A DNA stretch of 64,000 bases. It comes from Octopus vulgaris (lineage: Eukaryota). The notes beneath the pieces were generated by a model that had not been told where the DNA came from, made no database searches, and saw nothing but the letters and a program-made list of their open reading frames with translations. The DNA is taken from assembly GCA_951406725.2 (NCBI GenBank), contig OX597829.1, positions 49,352,001-49,416,000 on the forward strand. Direction: 5' to 3'. Each line of letters opens with the position of its first letter. Position 1 is the stretch's first letter. This document shows positions 26,531-39,930 of this stretch, one piece after another. A program made the translations under genes and the position numbers.

Positions 26531-27849
26531 AATACTGTGCAGAAAAAGACTAACAGATATGAGAGCTGAGCAGGTATTATGATACCTTATTCACTTAACC
26601 TAATTTTATTTAAAATTCTCAATCGCATTAAAGTCGCTATAACAACGAAGTACAATATTTGGTTCTGTTTGCAAATCTGATTATGAAATCTAAGCAGGAA
26701 GAGGAAAAATACAGAAAAATACACGATTCTCTTGGATTACATATATTTCCTCATTAATTATGGAATACTTTCTGCTGGTTTTAAATTGGTGCAATGAATC
26801 TATGGAAATAACATTGGTTAATGCAAACCATACGATTATTTCTGAAGGAATATAAAAGGTATCAACTGACAAATTAGAGAAAAGAAATGATACAGGATGC
26901 AGGTAAATGAAGAATAACGACCGCATATTGCCGTTAATGACGCAGTGATTATAAAGGTACACTGATGTGTATTTTCGTTTAATACTATTTTGGTCTATAA
27001 AGAGCAAAATGTAAAGCAAATTAGCTATTTTCAGTCATTGAAGAAAGCAAAAATCAATAATGTTAAAACTATGATTTATTTAATCATTAACATTCACATT
27101 TAATAGATTCTTGCTTTGGGTCCTTGTGGGTCTATTTAAAAAGACAAACTGGAATCTCGTAGGGAATAAAGAACTGTTGTTAAATGGATGGAAGAAAGGT
27201 ATAAATGTCCTTTGAGCACCATTGAAATGCTAAATCAAATAATTTGGTTTCATAGTTAGATAAATGTAAACAAATGACCATTGGGATAGCTATATATATA
27301 TATATATATATATATATCACCATCGTCATCATTGTTTAACGTCCATCTTCCATGCATGCATGAGTAGAATGGTTGACAGGAGCTGGCCAGGTAGAAAACC
27401 TACCCTAGGCTACTGCGTCTGTTTTGGCTGGATGCCCTTCCTAATACCAACTACCCAGTAGAGTGGACTGAGTGCTTTTTACATGGCACTAGCACAGGTG
27501 TGGTTAGTTTTGGTATGATTTTTACGGCTGGATGCCCTTCCTAATGCCAACTACTCTGAGAGTGTTGGTGCTTTTAGGCGCCACTGGCACAGGGCCCACA
27601 TATATATATATATATGCATAAATAGGGGGAACCAAAATCTTCTAGGTACTTTGTGCCTCAATAGATCTTAATCTGACAATAACTGTATACAACAGCTTAA
27701 CTTAATCAACCTGATAAGATAAGATATATCAACAACAGTAGTGATGAAATAATAATATTTTGCCACACCTGCAATTGCTTGATTAAGTGGTTTTCTTGCT
27801 CGTGTGTACCCTTTATATCATCCCCTAAGCAGAATCAGCAACAACTGGT

Positions 27850-28620
27850 ATTCCATCAGTTTCGATAATGATGGTTCAAATTGATCCAATCAACAGAACA
27901 GCTTGCTCGTGTAATTAACATGCAAGTGGGTGAGTACTCTACAGAGACACACGTACCTTTAACAAAGTTTTCAGGGTGATTCAACATAACATAGAATCTT
28001 TTCTTCTCTAAGGCCTTAAATTTTTGGGGGAGGTGGGAGGCTGTCGATTAGATCGACTCCAGTACACAACTGGTACTTAATTTATCGATTCCCAAAAGGA
28101 TGAAAGGCAAAGTTGGCAAAGTTGGCCTCAGCGGAATTTGAACTCAGAACATAAAGTAGAAATATTGCTATCATTTCACCTGGCGTGTTAACGTTTCTTA
28201 TTTCTTTACTGCCCGCAAGGGGCTAAACATAGAGGGGACAAACAAGGACAGACAAAGGGATTAAGTCAATTACATCAATCCCAGTGCATAACTGGTACTT
28301 AATTTATCAACCCCGAAAGGATGAAAGGCAAAGTCGGCCTCGGCGGAATTTGAACTCAGAACATAGCGGCAGACGAAAAACCACTAAGCATTTCGCCCAG
28401 CATGCTAACGATTCTGCCAACTTGCCGCCTTCAACAAAACATAGAATATGGTAAGGCTAACTCCTTTGAAATACAGTTACAACTCATTTTTACCAGCTGA
28501 GTGAATTGGAGACACATGAAATGAAGTGTCTTGCTTAAGGACACAACACACTGCTGGGAATCGAACTCATCACTTCATGATCATAAACCAAATACCCGAA
28601 CCACAAAGCCATGTGCCTTC
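27850..28620 (-). mobile_element. Older tRNA-SINE interrupted by tandem family B SINEs (27998-28430)
   Basis: 17-bp TSD tcaaca(t/a)aacatagaat at 27981 and 28431. Confidence 0.75.
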
Positions 28621-28757
28621 ACTGGGAAGAATCAAAATGACCATGGCAAAGCGAGGGGCAAGCAAAACACAGCGTCTGTAGGGGGTTTTTGGAATTAAAG
28701 TACGGTTCATGGGATATTGGGAGTGCAAACAGTAGAACCTTCCACAGACAATATACT

Positions 28758-28991
28758 TTAAAAGCACCAATCCGTCCATGGCCGTTTGCCAGCTCCGTCT
28801 GGCACCTGTGCGGGTGGCACGTAAAAAGCACCCGCTACACTCACGGAGTGGTTGGCGTTAGGAAGGGCATCCAGCTGTAGAAACACTACCAGATCAGACT
28901 GGAGCCTGGTGCAGCCATCTGGCTTCCCAAACCCCGGTCGAACCGTCCAACCCATGCTAGCATGGAGAATGGACGTTAAATGATGATGATG
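28758..28991 (+). mobile_element. RTE LINE 3'-UTR end
   Basis: RTE tail family. Confidence 0.82.
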
Positions 28992-29204
28992 AATTCCTGG
29001 ATGGAATCAGCCAGTCACAGCCTGTAATAGGGCTGGCCCTTTTGTATTAATATTATAGGTCCAGTCCATCAGATTGGTTCCACAGTGTTTTGTTATCAAC
29101 CCATTTTCATTAACAAGGCTTTGATTGAGCTGTGTAGTGGAATTGACAATTAGTACTTAATGGTTGCAAGCCTAACTTCTTATGTATTTGGTAATGCCAA
29201 CATC

Positions 29205-29790
29205 CACACACACACACACACACACACAGACACGCGCGCGCATGCACACACGTTCACAGAAACACATGTTTTCCATACACATTCACATGTATTCACACAT
29301 GTCCAAACATATATACACACATGCACACACACATGCACACTCCACACACACACACATCTACACTCATCCACACAAACATTCACACATGCACACACACACA
29401 TTCACGTGTATTCACACACATGTGCACACATGCATACACACTCCACACACACACATCTACACTCCTCTATACAAACATTCACACTTGCATATGCTCAAAT
29501 TCACATGTATTCACACACACACATCCACACACACAAACACATCCAGAAACACATCCACGCATACACTCCACACACACATACGTTCACACACACGAAGGCC
29601 CACACACAAATTCACACATGTACACACTCACATTCGCATTTATTCATACACACATGTACACACATACACACACAGACACACAAAATCAAATTTACACACA
29701 CACACACATATTCACATATACATTCATACCCATACACACGTTCACCTGCATATAAATACACATACATAAACACACACATGCACACACAAG
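29205..29790. repeat. Degenerate (CA)-rich tract
   Basis: Directly visible. Confidence 0.9.
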
Positions 29791-30074
29791 AGACAGAGAA
29801 GGACGGAGCAAACCTGGTGTATAGAGGAAAACTGACAAAAGGATAAAACAGAGAGAAAGATAACGATATAGAGGGAGATAGATTGATAGAGACATAGAGA
29901 GAGGTAAGTAGGTAGATGGAGAGAGGAGAGAGAGAGAGGAAGAAAGATACCAGTGAGAGTTTCAATGCTTATAGAAAGAGAAAGTGAAAGTATTATTAAT
30001 TGCAAGTGAGAGAAAGAGTAGAAGAATGAGGAGGAAATGGTAAAGTGGATGAAAAGAACATTGAGAATAATGAT

Positions 30075-30182
30075 GCAGACAGAGAGACGGACAGATAGAT
30101 GGATGGACAGAGACAGACAGATAGATACAGAGAGGAAGAGAGAGAGATAAAGGGAGAGATGAATAGAAAGACAGACAGAATC

Positions 30183-30229
<47 letters not shown>

Positions 30230-30854
30230 CAGACAGATAGATAGATAGATAGATAGATAGAGAGAGAGATACAGGGAGAAAGAGAGGGAGGGGGAGAAAG
30301 AGATAGAGAGATAAAGACAGATGATAGATCAGACAGATAGATAGATAGATAGAGAGATAGAGGGAGAGAGAGAGAAGACTGATATATAGACAGACAGAGT
30401 AGACAGACAGATAGATAGATAAATATATATATATAGAGAGAGAGAGTGAGAAAGAGAGGGAGAGAGATGAAAGAGACAGAGTTAGATAAAGGGACAGATG
30501 AATTGTCAGACAGATAGATAGCTAGATAGAGAGAGAAAGAGGGAGAGAGAGAGAGAGAGGGACTGATGTATAGACAGACAGAGTCAGACAGATAGATAGC
30601 TAGATATATATAGAGAGAGAGGGAGAGAGAGAAAGGGACTGAGACAGACAGAGTCAGACAGATAGATAGCAGAGAGGGAGGGAAGGAGTGAGAAAGAGAG
30701 ATAAAGGGAAAGATGAATAGACAGTTAGATAAAGAGACAGATGGATATATATATATATATATACACATACAGAGAGAGAGAGAGAGATAAAGGGACAGAT
30801 GGATGGGTAGCAAGGTAGGTGAAATGGATGGAGAGACAGATTAATAAATAAATG

Positions 30855-30908
<54 letters not shown>

Positions 30909-31335
30909 AAGAGAGAGAGAGAGAGTCAGAATAACTTTCAATATGTGTATGGGTAGAATGGGTAGATGAAATGGATGGAGAGACAGATTAATATATAAAT
31001 GGATGGAGAGAGAGAGAGATGGACAGAAAGAGAGAGAGAGAGAGGGAGAGAGAGTCAGATAACCAAATAGATGAATGGATAGATAGATGATAGATGGAGA
31101 GGGACACAAGCAAACAGATGGATAGATGGATGGATGGTAGATGAATGTATGGAGAGACAGAGTCACAAATCTATGGATGGACAAATGGACACACAGACAG
31201 GCAGACTAGAAGAAAATACAGAAATAAAGAAGAAAAAGAAACAAAAGCGAGACAGAGCTGAAAGAACAGGACAGGACAAACAGACAGACAGACAGGTAGA
31301 ATGGTAGAGAGAGAGAGACAGATGGACATTGACAG
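30075..31335. repeat. Purine-rich (GATA/GA/GACA/GATG) compound microsatellite with local duplications
   Basis: Directly visible. Confidence 0.9.
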
Positions 31336-31931
31336 ATGGACATAGAGAAACATGTCAACAGACAGATGGACAGGCAAAAAAATATAAACAGACAGAAAAG
31401 GAAGGAAGATGAGTTTCTTTATTGGCCACACAGGGCTGCACACAGATGGGACAAGTTACAAGGTAGAGCTTTTCTTTTGGGGGAGAAAAAAAAAAAAAAA
31501 AAAGGTGGCGTAGGTTTCCGATCAAAAGGGATCGTAAAAGGGAAAAAAGAACAATAAAAAAAAAAGAAAAAAAGAAAATAAAGGAAAAGAAAAAGGAAGG
31601 AAGATAGATACAAACTACAGTAATCTCTCAACTATCACGGTTTTTTGGGTGCTACGTTCCAAGCGCTACCGAAATAGGTGAAAATCCACAAAGTAGAAAC
31701 AATATTGTATTGTATATTTTTTTTTGTTTTTTTTTATAATTTGTATATATTTAATTCTATGATAAATGCAAAACAACACCACGGAGGAATCGACTTAAGC
31801 TTAAATAACAAACAGCCATTGGTGAAGTACGATATATCGAGGGATTATCGTATACACAAACAAATAATTTTAGCATATGTTATGTGTTTCAGATATACAT
31901 AAATACCTACATTATGTATACTCTTTTTTAT

Positions 31932-32347
31932 TCTTTTACTCTTTTACTTGTTTCAGTCATTTGACTGCGGCCATGCTGGAGCACCGCCTTTAATCGAGCA
32001 ACTCGACCCCGGGACTTATTCTTTGTAAGCCCAGTACTTATTCTATCGGTCTCTTTTGCCGAACCGCTAAGTGATGGGGACATAAACACACCAGCATCGG
32101 TTGTCAAGCAATGCTAGGAGGACAAACACAGACACACAAACACACACACACACATATACATATATATATATATACATATATACGACAGGCTTCTTTCAGT
32201 TTCCGTCTACCAAATCCACTCACAAGGCATTGGTCGGCCCGGGGCTATAGCAGAAGACACTTGCCCAAGATGCCACGCAGTGGGACTGAACCTGGAACCA
32301 TGTGGTTGCTTAGCAAGCTACTTACCACACAGCCACTCCTGCGCCTA
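31932..32347 (-). mobile_element. SINE family A, full length, young
   Basis: Near-identical to the copies at 4060, 48145 and 58663. Confidence 0.92.
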
Positions 32348-33744
32348 TATATAAATGGAGATTGAATATTAAAACATAATACAAATACACTTTAAGTCAA
32401 GTAAGTGCAAGTACACACATCATCATCATCATCATCATCATTGTTATCGCTTAATGTCTGCTTTCCTTGCTGGCATGGGTTGGCTGTTTTGACAGGAGCC
32501 GGCCAGGCAGAAAACTACACCAGACTTCTGTGTCTGTTTTGGCATAGTTTTTTTTTTTTAATAGCTGGATGCCCTTCCTAACTCCAGCCACCCAGCAGAG
32601 TTCACTGAGTGCTTTTTACATGGTACCAGCACAGACAGGGTTAGTTTTGCCAAGGGTTTTACAGCTGGATGCCCTTCCAAATGCCAACCACTTCACAGTG
32701 TGGAGTGGATGCTTTTTACATGGCACTGTCACTGGCAGGGTCATTAAGTGACCTATAAGACATAAAATTACGCTATACCAACACACACACTGAGAAATCA
32801 CATTTGCATCCTTCTCCTCCTTATCACCATCATTTAACATCTGTTTTCCACCCTGGCATGGGCTGGACAGTTAAATAAGAACTGCCAGCTAACCAACTCA
32901 TAATGGTTTCAAATTCTGGCACAGAACCAGCTGTTTCAGAGGAGAGAATTAAGTTGATTACGCCAATGCCAGAACTCGACTGGTACTTATTTTATGAAAC
33001 CTGAAAATATGAAAGGCAGAGTCATTATCGGTGGAACTCCAATATCTGCCTTGGCCTGATTTCAACAGCTGGGTCTTTTATCTTATTTTTGTCATGCCAG
33101 AGTCACTACCAGGGCCTCCAAGTAGCATGTAAAACATGACCTGTTGACTGAGTGGGGATACAGTATTTAGGGAGGTGAAAATCTGCTAGAGGGACAAGAA
33201 CAGGTATCTTGCTAAAAAGGAAATACTTGGCTGTCCTTAGTCTGCAACCACATAGTTTTGAGTTTAGTTCACTATGCAGCACCTGAAGGCAAATGGCCTT
33301 TACTACTTAGCTCTGAGCTAACCAATGCCTTGTGAGTGAATTTGATTAGTGGAAACTGTGTGGAACCCTGTTATGTGTGCATGTGGGGAGTATGTGTGGA
33401 GTATGTGTGTTTATCTACATGTGTATGTGAATGTTTACGTATATGTGTGCGTTTCTGTTTGTCACCTCCATCTCCACCACTTGACAACAGGTAGTACTAT
33501 TCCTGGGGAAAATGTTTTATGGCCAGATGCCCTTCCTGATGCCAACCCCCAGTTTTAAAAAAAATTGCCAGCTCACTAACCCATTATGAATCTGCCAATT
33601 TTCCACCCTAAACTTAGCTAATAATCTTTACTACTATAGGCACAAGGTCTGAAATTATGGGAGAAGGACTAGTCAATTACATCAAACCCAGGGATCAAAG
33701 TAGACATTGGTGAAATTTGAACTCAGAACATACATATACCCAGG

Positions 33745-34290
33745 CTTATTCCCTATTGTTTTAGGAGTGGGTAACCACAAGACACACACCAGGCATTCCA
33801 TTCATTTCCCAGCTCAAAGAGGTGAGCTTCTTCCTATACTTGGGTCAAGGCATAGAACGCAACTCCCAATATCAGCAGTGGGGCCCAATAGCATATCCTG
33901 GCTTACTCCTGCTGCATCATGCTGGTTCTGAACCCCTTTGAGCAACATCGAAATTCACTCATCCATCCACAAACACCCTCCAAGCTTTCCTAGCATTTAT
34001 AAACTCTCTTGCCTCTCTCACTCCAACACCTCTAACCACCAAAGCTTTCCTCACTCCATCCATCCACACAAACCGAGGTCTGCCTCTGGTTTTGCTATCT
34101 AACACTTTAGCCTTCATCACCCTCCTTACCATCTGCTCCTCATCCATCCTCTCCATGTGGCTAAACCACCTCAACATTCATCTATCCATTTTGGTTCTTC
34201 AGTTTTTCTCTCATTTCTGCTTGCCTTTGCACCTTCTCATTCCTCATCCTGTTCATCAGTGTCACACCAACCATAGCCCTCAAACATCTC
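33745..34290 (-). mobile_element. RTE LINE 3' end (second family) with 3' UTR; UTR-only copy at 48780-48992
   Basis: ORF LRWFSHMERMDEEQMVRRVM...RGRPRFVWMDGV; the downstream ~200 bp recurs at 48780. Confidence 0.8.
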
Positions 34291-34445
34291 AGAATGTAAG
34301 AACAGACGAAATGCCACTAAGCATGTGGCCCAGTGTGCGAATGAGTCTGCTTATTCACAACCTTAAACTTGGCTAATAATGATTTCTTTATTTTATTTTT
34401 ATTTATTAATTATTTGTAAATTTGGATAATAATGAAAGATTTACA

Positions 34446-35311
34446 CAGGGTGGTGCAAAAGTTGGTATACAGTTATGAAAAATAAAAACACGTACAGTAC
34501 TCATTTATTTTTATAAAAACAATAAAGTTATGATAAATGTATTATTATGATTAATGACAATGAAAATATCAAAAGCAAGGCTAACTAGTTTAATGTGTCA
34601 ACCCTTTCATTACTGTATTTCTGTTGAGATGTTCTGTGTTTCTTTCAATTAGTTTTAAATATAACAAAGAATTTAGTAAAATAACTTAGTTATCATTAAG
34701 CTAGTTTTAGGAACATAAACTGTGACTAAGGTTTGGTGGAAGGTTTTAATTCAAAACTTTTGAAAACAAGGTGCAGGAGTGGCTGTGTGGTAAGTAGCTT
34801 GTTTACCATCCACATGGTTCCGGGTTCAGTCCCATTGCGTGGCACCTTGGGCAAGTGTCTTTTACTATAGCCTCGGGCCGACCAAAGCCTTGTGAGTGGA
34901 TTTGGTAGACGAAAACTGAAAGAAGCCCGTCGTATATATGTATATATATATATGTGTGTGTGTGTATGTTTGTGTGTCTGTGTTTGTCCCCCTAGCATTG
35001 CTTGATAACCGATGCTGGTGTGTTTATGTCCCCGTTACTTAGCGGTTCGGCAAGAGAGACCGATAGAATAGGTACTGGGCTTACAAAAGAATAAGCCCCG
35101 GGGTCGAGTTGGTCGATTAAAGGCGGTGCTCCAGCATGGCCACAGTCAAATGACTGAAACAAGTAAAAGAGAGAGTAAGACATTTGTACTCAGAGCCAGA
35201 GCCAGCTGGTTTCAGCCAGGTTGGTAACAGAAGGGTTAAGAATTTTAATGAAATAACTATTATAACATTGATGTGACACTGCATACCTACTTTTGCACAC
35301 ACACCCCCCTG
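34446..35311. mobile_element. Triple nest: Tc1/mariner-like MITE > piggyBac-like MITE (~34600-35239) > SINE family A (+, 34769-35176)
   Basis: Outer TIR cagggtggtgcaaaag...cttttgcac...ccctg; middle TIR ccctttcattac/gtaacagaaggg-ttaa; the SINE splits the middle element. Confidence 0.75.
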
Positions 35312-36139
35312 TAAATAGTCTGTTTTAAATACTGAATTTACTTTCAAACACTCATAAAACCAACTACACTTGTGTGTGTGTGTGTGTGTGTGGAGGGTGG
35401 TGGTCATCATCATCATCATCATTGTTCGAGACTCCATAGTCTTTTCAAATGGCTAATAATGTGTGCGCGCGCCACTACTACACACATTGGAAAGCATTGT
35501 ACAACCAAGTACTAAAGAAGATCTTTCCTCCTCCATGAAACAAAGCTGTTCCCACTGGACGTCAACCCAGTATTTCTAAGCTACGGACCGAGTGATTTGT
35601 TGTAAGGTTATCTCCCTAGATAGATTGCCTTCACTACGGCTAAGGAGCCCTTTCTACCCCACTGACACAGGTTGTACTGGTTTACAGTTTACCAGTAGTA
35701 GGATCCGATAGTGGTGGATTGGAATACAAATGCACATGCATGTTTATGTCTAAAGGTCTTTCCCGTTTCTTCCGCTTTACATTCCACCAATGATGCTTAT
35801 CATGCACGGAAAACCTAGAATACAATACTCCAGTTAATTCAGCTGCTTGACCATTTATTTCTGCCTCTTCAAATGATGTTGGCAGTCAACAACGCCGGTC
35901 AACATTGCCAACACCACGTATATTCCGATGGATGTGTAAATAATGACCGGTGCAATGGAGAAAACAACTCAATATTGGCTCACTGAACCTACTTGCAATT
36001 AAAAAGAAGTCGTCCACTTTGCAAATTATCGTGATGGCATCATTGAACACGATGCAGTTTGAATTGGCTGCTAATACATGCACAAATATACCTATACGTG
36101 TGTGTGTGAGAGAGAGAGAGTAATGAGAGAGACACACAC

Positions 36140-36186
36140 ATACAGATATACTAAAATATATATATATACAAATATGTGTGTCCATG

Positions 36187-36221
<35 letters not shown>

Positions 36222-36320
36222 TAAACGATGATGATATGCATATGCATAGAAAAATGAAATGGATCGATAGTTGTGTATATATTTTTTTATAATTATATTA
36301 TATATATATTATATATTTTA

Positions 36321-36370
<50 letters not shown>

Positions 36371-36568
36371 ATACATATATATATATATGTTGTATAATAT
36401 ATATATATATATATACTTGTTTGTATATGTATATATATATATATATATATACTTGTTTGTATATTATATATAATATATATAAATATATACATGTGTGTAT
36501 GTGTATATATATATATATATTTATATATATTCACAAGGAGATACACACACACACACATATATATATAT

Positions 36569-36600
<32 letters not shown>
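36140..36600. repeat. (TA)n/(GA)n compound microsatellite
   Basis: Directly visible. Confidence 0.93.
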
Positions 36601-36605
<5 letters not shown>

Positions 36606-37329
36606 ACTTACTGATTTTTATTGGTGCTTATAACAGTAGAATACCTAGAGAATAAGCCACTTAAATTCATCCATACAATTTATCTTTCTACTCAAACATG
36701 TCTTTGAGAGATATAGAAAATATTAGCAATTAAGTCAGGATTTCCTTTTTCTTTTATTTCTGTAGTATTTTCTCCGCTCTTCTCCTCCTGCACATACGTC
36801 TTTCCTTGACACGAGAGCATTATTATTATTGCGGTTGTTGTTATTGTTAAGTTGGCTATGGTGGTGGTGGTCGTGGTAGTATTGGTGTTATTTATTTTTC
36901 TGTTTGTTGTGAGTTATGCCTATATAATGCTAGATGGGGGACCACCTTTGTACAGCTTAATATCTTGGCTAATGGACAAACCTATACACTACCATAACCG
37001 TTTGTTTGATTGACTGACATCATGTTATTTAAGGCCATTTTTTTGTGATCTTGCTGTTTGTTGTTGAGTATTTTCCTACTGGCTCCTAAGTGGGGGAAGG
37101 GCTTGGAACTAGAAATGGTAAAGAATATCCCCCATCGATGTTTCGCTGTCAAAAAGTTATTTGCAAATGTTTCATTCCAGATATTCCACATTTCAAGTCT
37201 TATCTGGTAACACAGTGTTAGCAGAGGCAAGGTCAGAAAGAGAGAGAGTGAAGAAGAAAGTGAGGAAGAAAGAGAGATATAATTGTTCTTTGATGTTTAT
37301 GAGAAATATGTACACACACACACACACAC

Positions 37330-37362
<33 letters not shown>

Positions 37363-37616
37363 CACATACACACACAGAATTGAGGTGGTCTTACGGAAGG
37401 TACCTGATAAGCTCACTGGTGTTAGTTCCCTGCAAAAAGTATCCTGTACACCCTGTATGTGTGTATGTATCTCTCTCTCTCTCTTTCACACACACATATG
37501 TATATATATGTATGTATGAGTATATATATGTATGTGTGTATGTGTATATATATATATATATATATAAATGTCTAAATATATGTATGTGTGTATATATATG
37601 TATATATACACACATA

Positions 37617-38247
37617 GTGACTGAGATCTTTGGAAATATGCTGTGCTTAAGAAGACCCGGCAAGCCAAGTGAGACCATAACCTTGTGGCCTATGCCAGGG
37701 GTATAACCAGCCCACTTATGTGTACCTTTCCTTCATTGGACACTGAACTCTGCTTGTGAAGACCTGTTGAGGCAAGTGAAATCAAAATCGAAATCAAATT
37801 TGATGACTGGCATCTGTGCTAGTGGATAGCTAAGAGCACCTTCCGAGCGTGATCGTTGCCAGAGCAGCTAACTGGCTTCCATGCTGGTGACACGTAAAAA
37901 CCACCATTTGAGCGCGATCATTACTAGCATCGCCTTGCTGGCACGTGAAAAAACATTCGAGCGAAGTCGTTGCCAGTGCCACTGGACTGGCTCCTGTGCA
38001 GGTGGCATGTAAAAAACACCATTTCAGCATGGTCATTGCCAGTACCGCCTGACTGGCCCCTGTGCCGGTGGCATGTAAAAGCACCCACTACACTCACGGA
38101 ATAGTTGGCGTTAGGAAGGGGATCTAGCTGTAGAAACTCTGCCAGATCAGATAGGAGCCTGGTACAGCCATCTGGTTCACCAGTCCTCTGTCAAATCGTC
38201 CAACCCATGCTAGCATGGAAAGCAGATGTTTAAATGGTAATGATGAT
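37617..38247 (+). mobile_element. RTE LINE end: last ORF codons plus 3' UTR with about four ~60-bp tandem units
   Basis: Starts with atatgctgtgcttaagaagaccc (cf. 58371); repeated gcacgtaaaa...ccattcgagcg...gttgccag unit. Confidence 0.8.
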
Positions 38248-38445
38248 ACATAGTAGAAGACATTTGAACCCACAGAGAGAAAGAGAATCTAAAAACCATT
38301 CTGGTTAGAAAGCAAACTCCTTCCCACCCACCCACCCACACCTGCATCTATTCATGCAGTTTTTAATCCAAACTTAAACCAAAATGAAAGAGATTCAATA
38401 AATGATTTTTTTAAAATTAAGTAAAAACGTTTAAAGTCGACTTAC

Positions 38446-38550
38446 CTGTGGATACGTTTTCAAAGACCTGGTGTGTGATAAACTTCTCCGTTTCCTAGCA
38501 TGAGGTACGGCACGGTGCTTGAAGTGAAATTCGGTGTTTGAATTCAGAAT
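38446..38550 (-). CDS. PCSK2: Prohormone convertase 2 internal exon (propeptide): ILNSNTEFHFKHRAVPHARKRRSLSHTRSLKTYPQ
   Basis: 105 nt, phase 0/0, with a gtttttcag acceptor and CAG/gtaagt donor. The 35 aa align with the human PC2 propeptide segment LPFAEGLYHFYHNGLAKAKRRRSLHHKQQLERDPR (recalled), including the internal RKRR site. Not in the ORF track. Confidence 0.93.
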
Positions 38551-38713
38551 CTGAAAAACAAGAGAGAGAGAGATAAGTTTTATGAGAATGAATAATAGTA
38601 AATAAAGTTAAGGTTCAGAATTAAGTTTGTTTTGGACAAAAGAACTGATCCAAGACCAGGCATTAAAGCAAACATTTACATCACAGAACAATCATGACAG
38701 TTATAAAATCATT

Positions 38714-38941
38714 TAACCCTTTCGTTACCAACCTGGTCAAAACCGGCTCTGGCTCTGTAGTATAAATGTCTTGTTTTCATAAGTTTTGCATCAAAATATA
38801 CCACCAAACCTTAGTCACAATTTATATTCCTAAAACTAGCTTAATGATAACTAGGTTATTTTACTAAATTCTTTGTAATATTTAAAATAATTGAAAGAAA
38901 CACAGAGCATCTTAAAATAAATACAGTAACTAAAGGGTTAA
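38714..38941. mobile_element. piggyBac-like MITE
   Basis: ttaa-ccctttcgttac ... gtaactaaaggg-ttaa; body matches 20360. Confidence 0.85.
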
Positions 38942-38983
38942 GGCATGTTGGCATATATGTATGCATGTGTGTTACATATACAT

Positions 38984-39127
38984 AAACCATATAACACTGT
39001 ATAAGAATGCATGTGGCTTACTGGTTAGGGCATTCGGCTCACAATCGTAAGGTCATGACCTTACGATTGTGAGCCGAATGCCCTAACCAGTAAGCCACAT
39101 GCATTCTTATACAGTGTTATATGGTTT
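38984..39127. repeat. 144-bp perfect palindrome with no spacer, inside a tRNA-SINE head
   Basis: 72-bp arms centred on ggtca|tgacc (39055/39056). Confidence 0.95.
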
Positions 39128-39370
39128 CAATTCCCGTCGCCGAGTTGTGTCCTAGAGCAAGACACTTTATTTCATGTTGCTCTAATCCACTCAGCTGGCA
39201 AATATGAGTAGTACCTGTTACACTCTTTGTCATGCTGAATCTCCCTGAGAACTACATTAAAGGTACACGTGTCTGTGGAGTGCTCAGCCACTCGCATGTT
39301 AATTTCACGAGCAAGCTGTCCTGTTGATCGGATCAGTTGAGACCCTCATCGCCGTAACCGATGGAGTGCT

Positions 39371-39453
<83 letters not shown>

Positions 39454-39504
39454 TGGGATGTACTTGCATAGCAAGTGACATGATGTGAGATCGTGTACTG
39501 GAAT

Positions 39505-39915
39505 GAAAACAATTGCAGCATGGAAGGTGTTTATAAGCCACACAAAAACCGTTAGATTCACTTAAACATTTAAATTTGATTTGTCAAATTATTTTCGTCG
39601 CTTTGAGACTGGGACCTGTTCACTGATAAAATTCAATGTTGCACGGAATTTTGTCAGTGAACAGGTCCCGGTCTCAAAGTGACAAAAATATTTTAGCAAT
39701 TTAAATTTGGCGTTAGGAAGGGCATCCAGCCGTAGAAACACTGCCAAATCTGACTGGGCCTGATGAAGCCTTCCGGCTTCACAGACCCCAGTTAAACCGT
39801 TCAACCCATGCTAGCATGGAAAACGGACGCTAAATGATGATGATGTTGGAGTGAATCTAACGATTTTTGTGTGTTTTTAAATGGCTTATAAACACCTTCC
39901 AAACTGCAATTGTTT
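39505..39915. mobile_element. Foldback element (probable inverted Penelope-like termini) with two hammerhead-like motifs; right arm interrupted by an RTE tail (39708-39845)
   Basis: Arms pair from aaacaattgcag...ggaaggtgtttataagcca inward to an ~11-nt loop at 39635-39645. Confidence 0.72.
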
Positions 39916-39930
39916 ATATATATGTATATA

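Noticed and set aside
37830-38085. CRISPR-like regularly spaced repeats (also 6945-7165)
   Set aside because: Whole units are homologous with no unique spacers; they are tandem repeats in an RTE 3' UTR in eukaryotic DNA.
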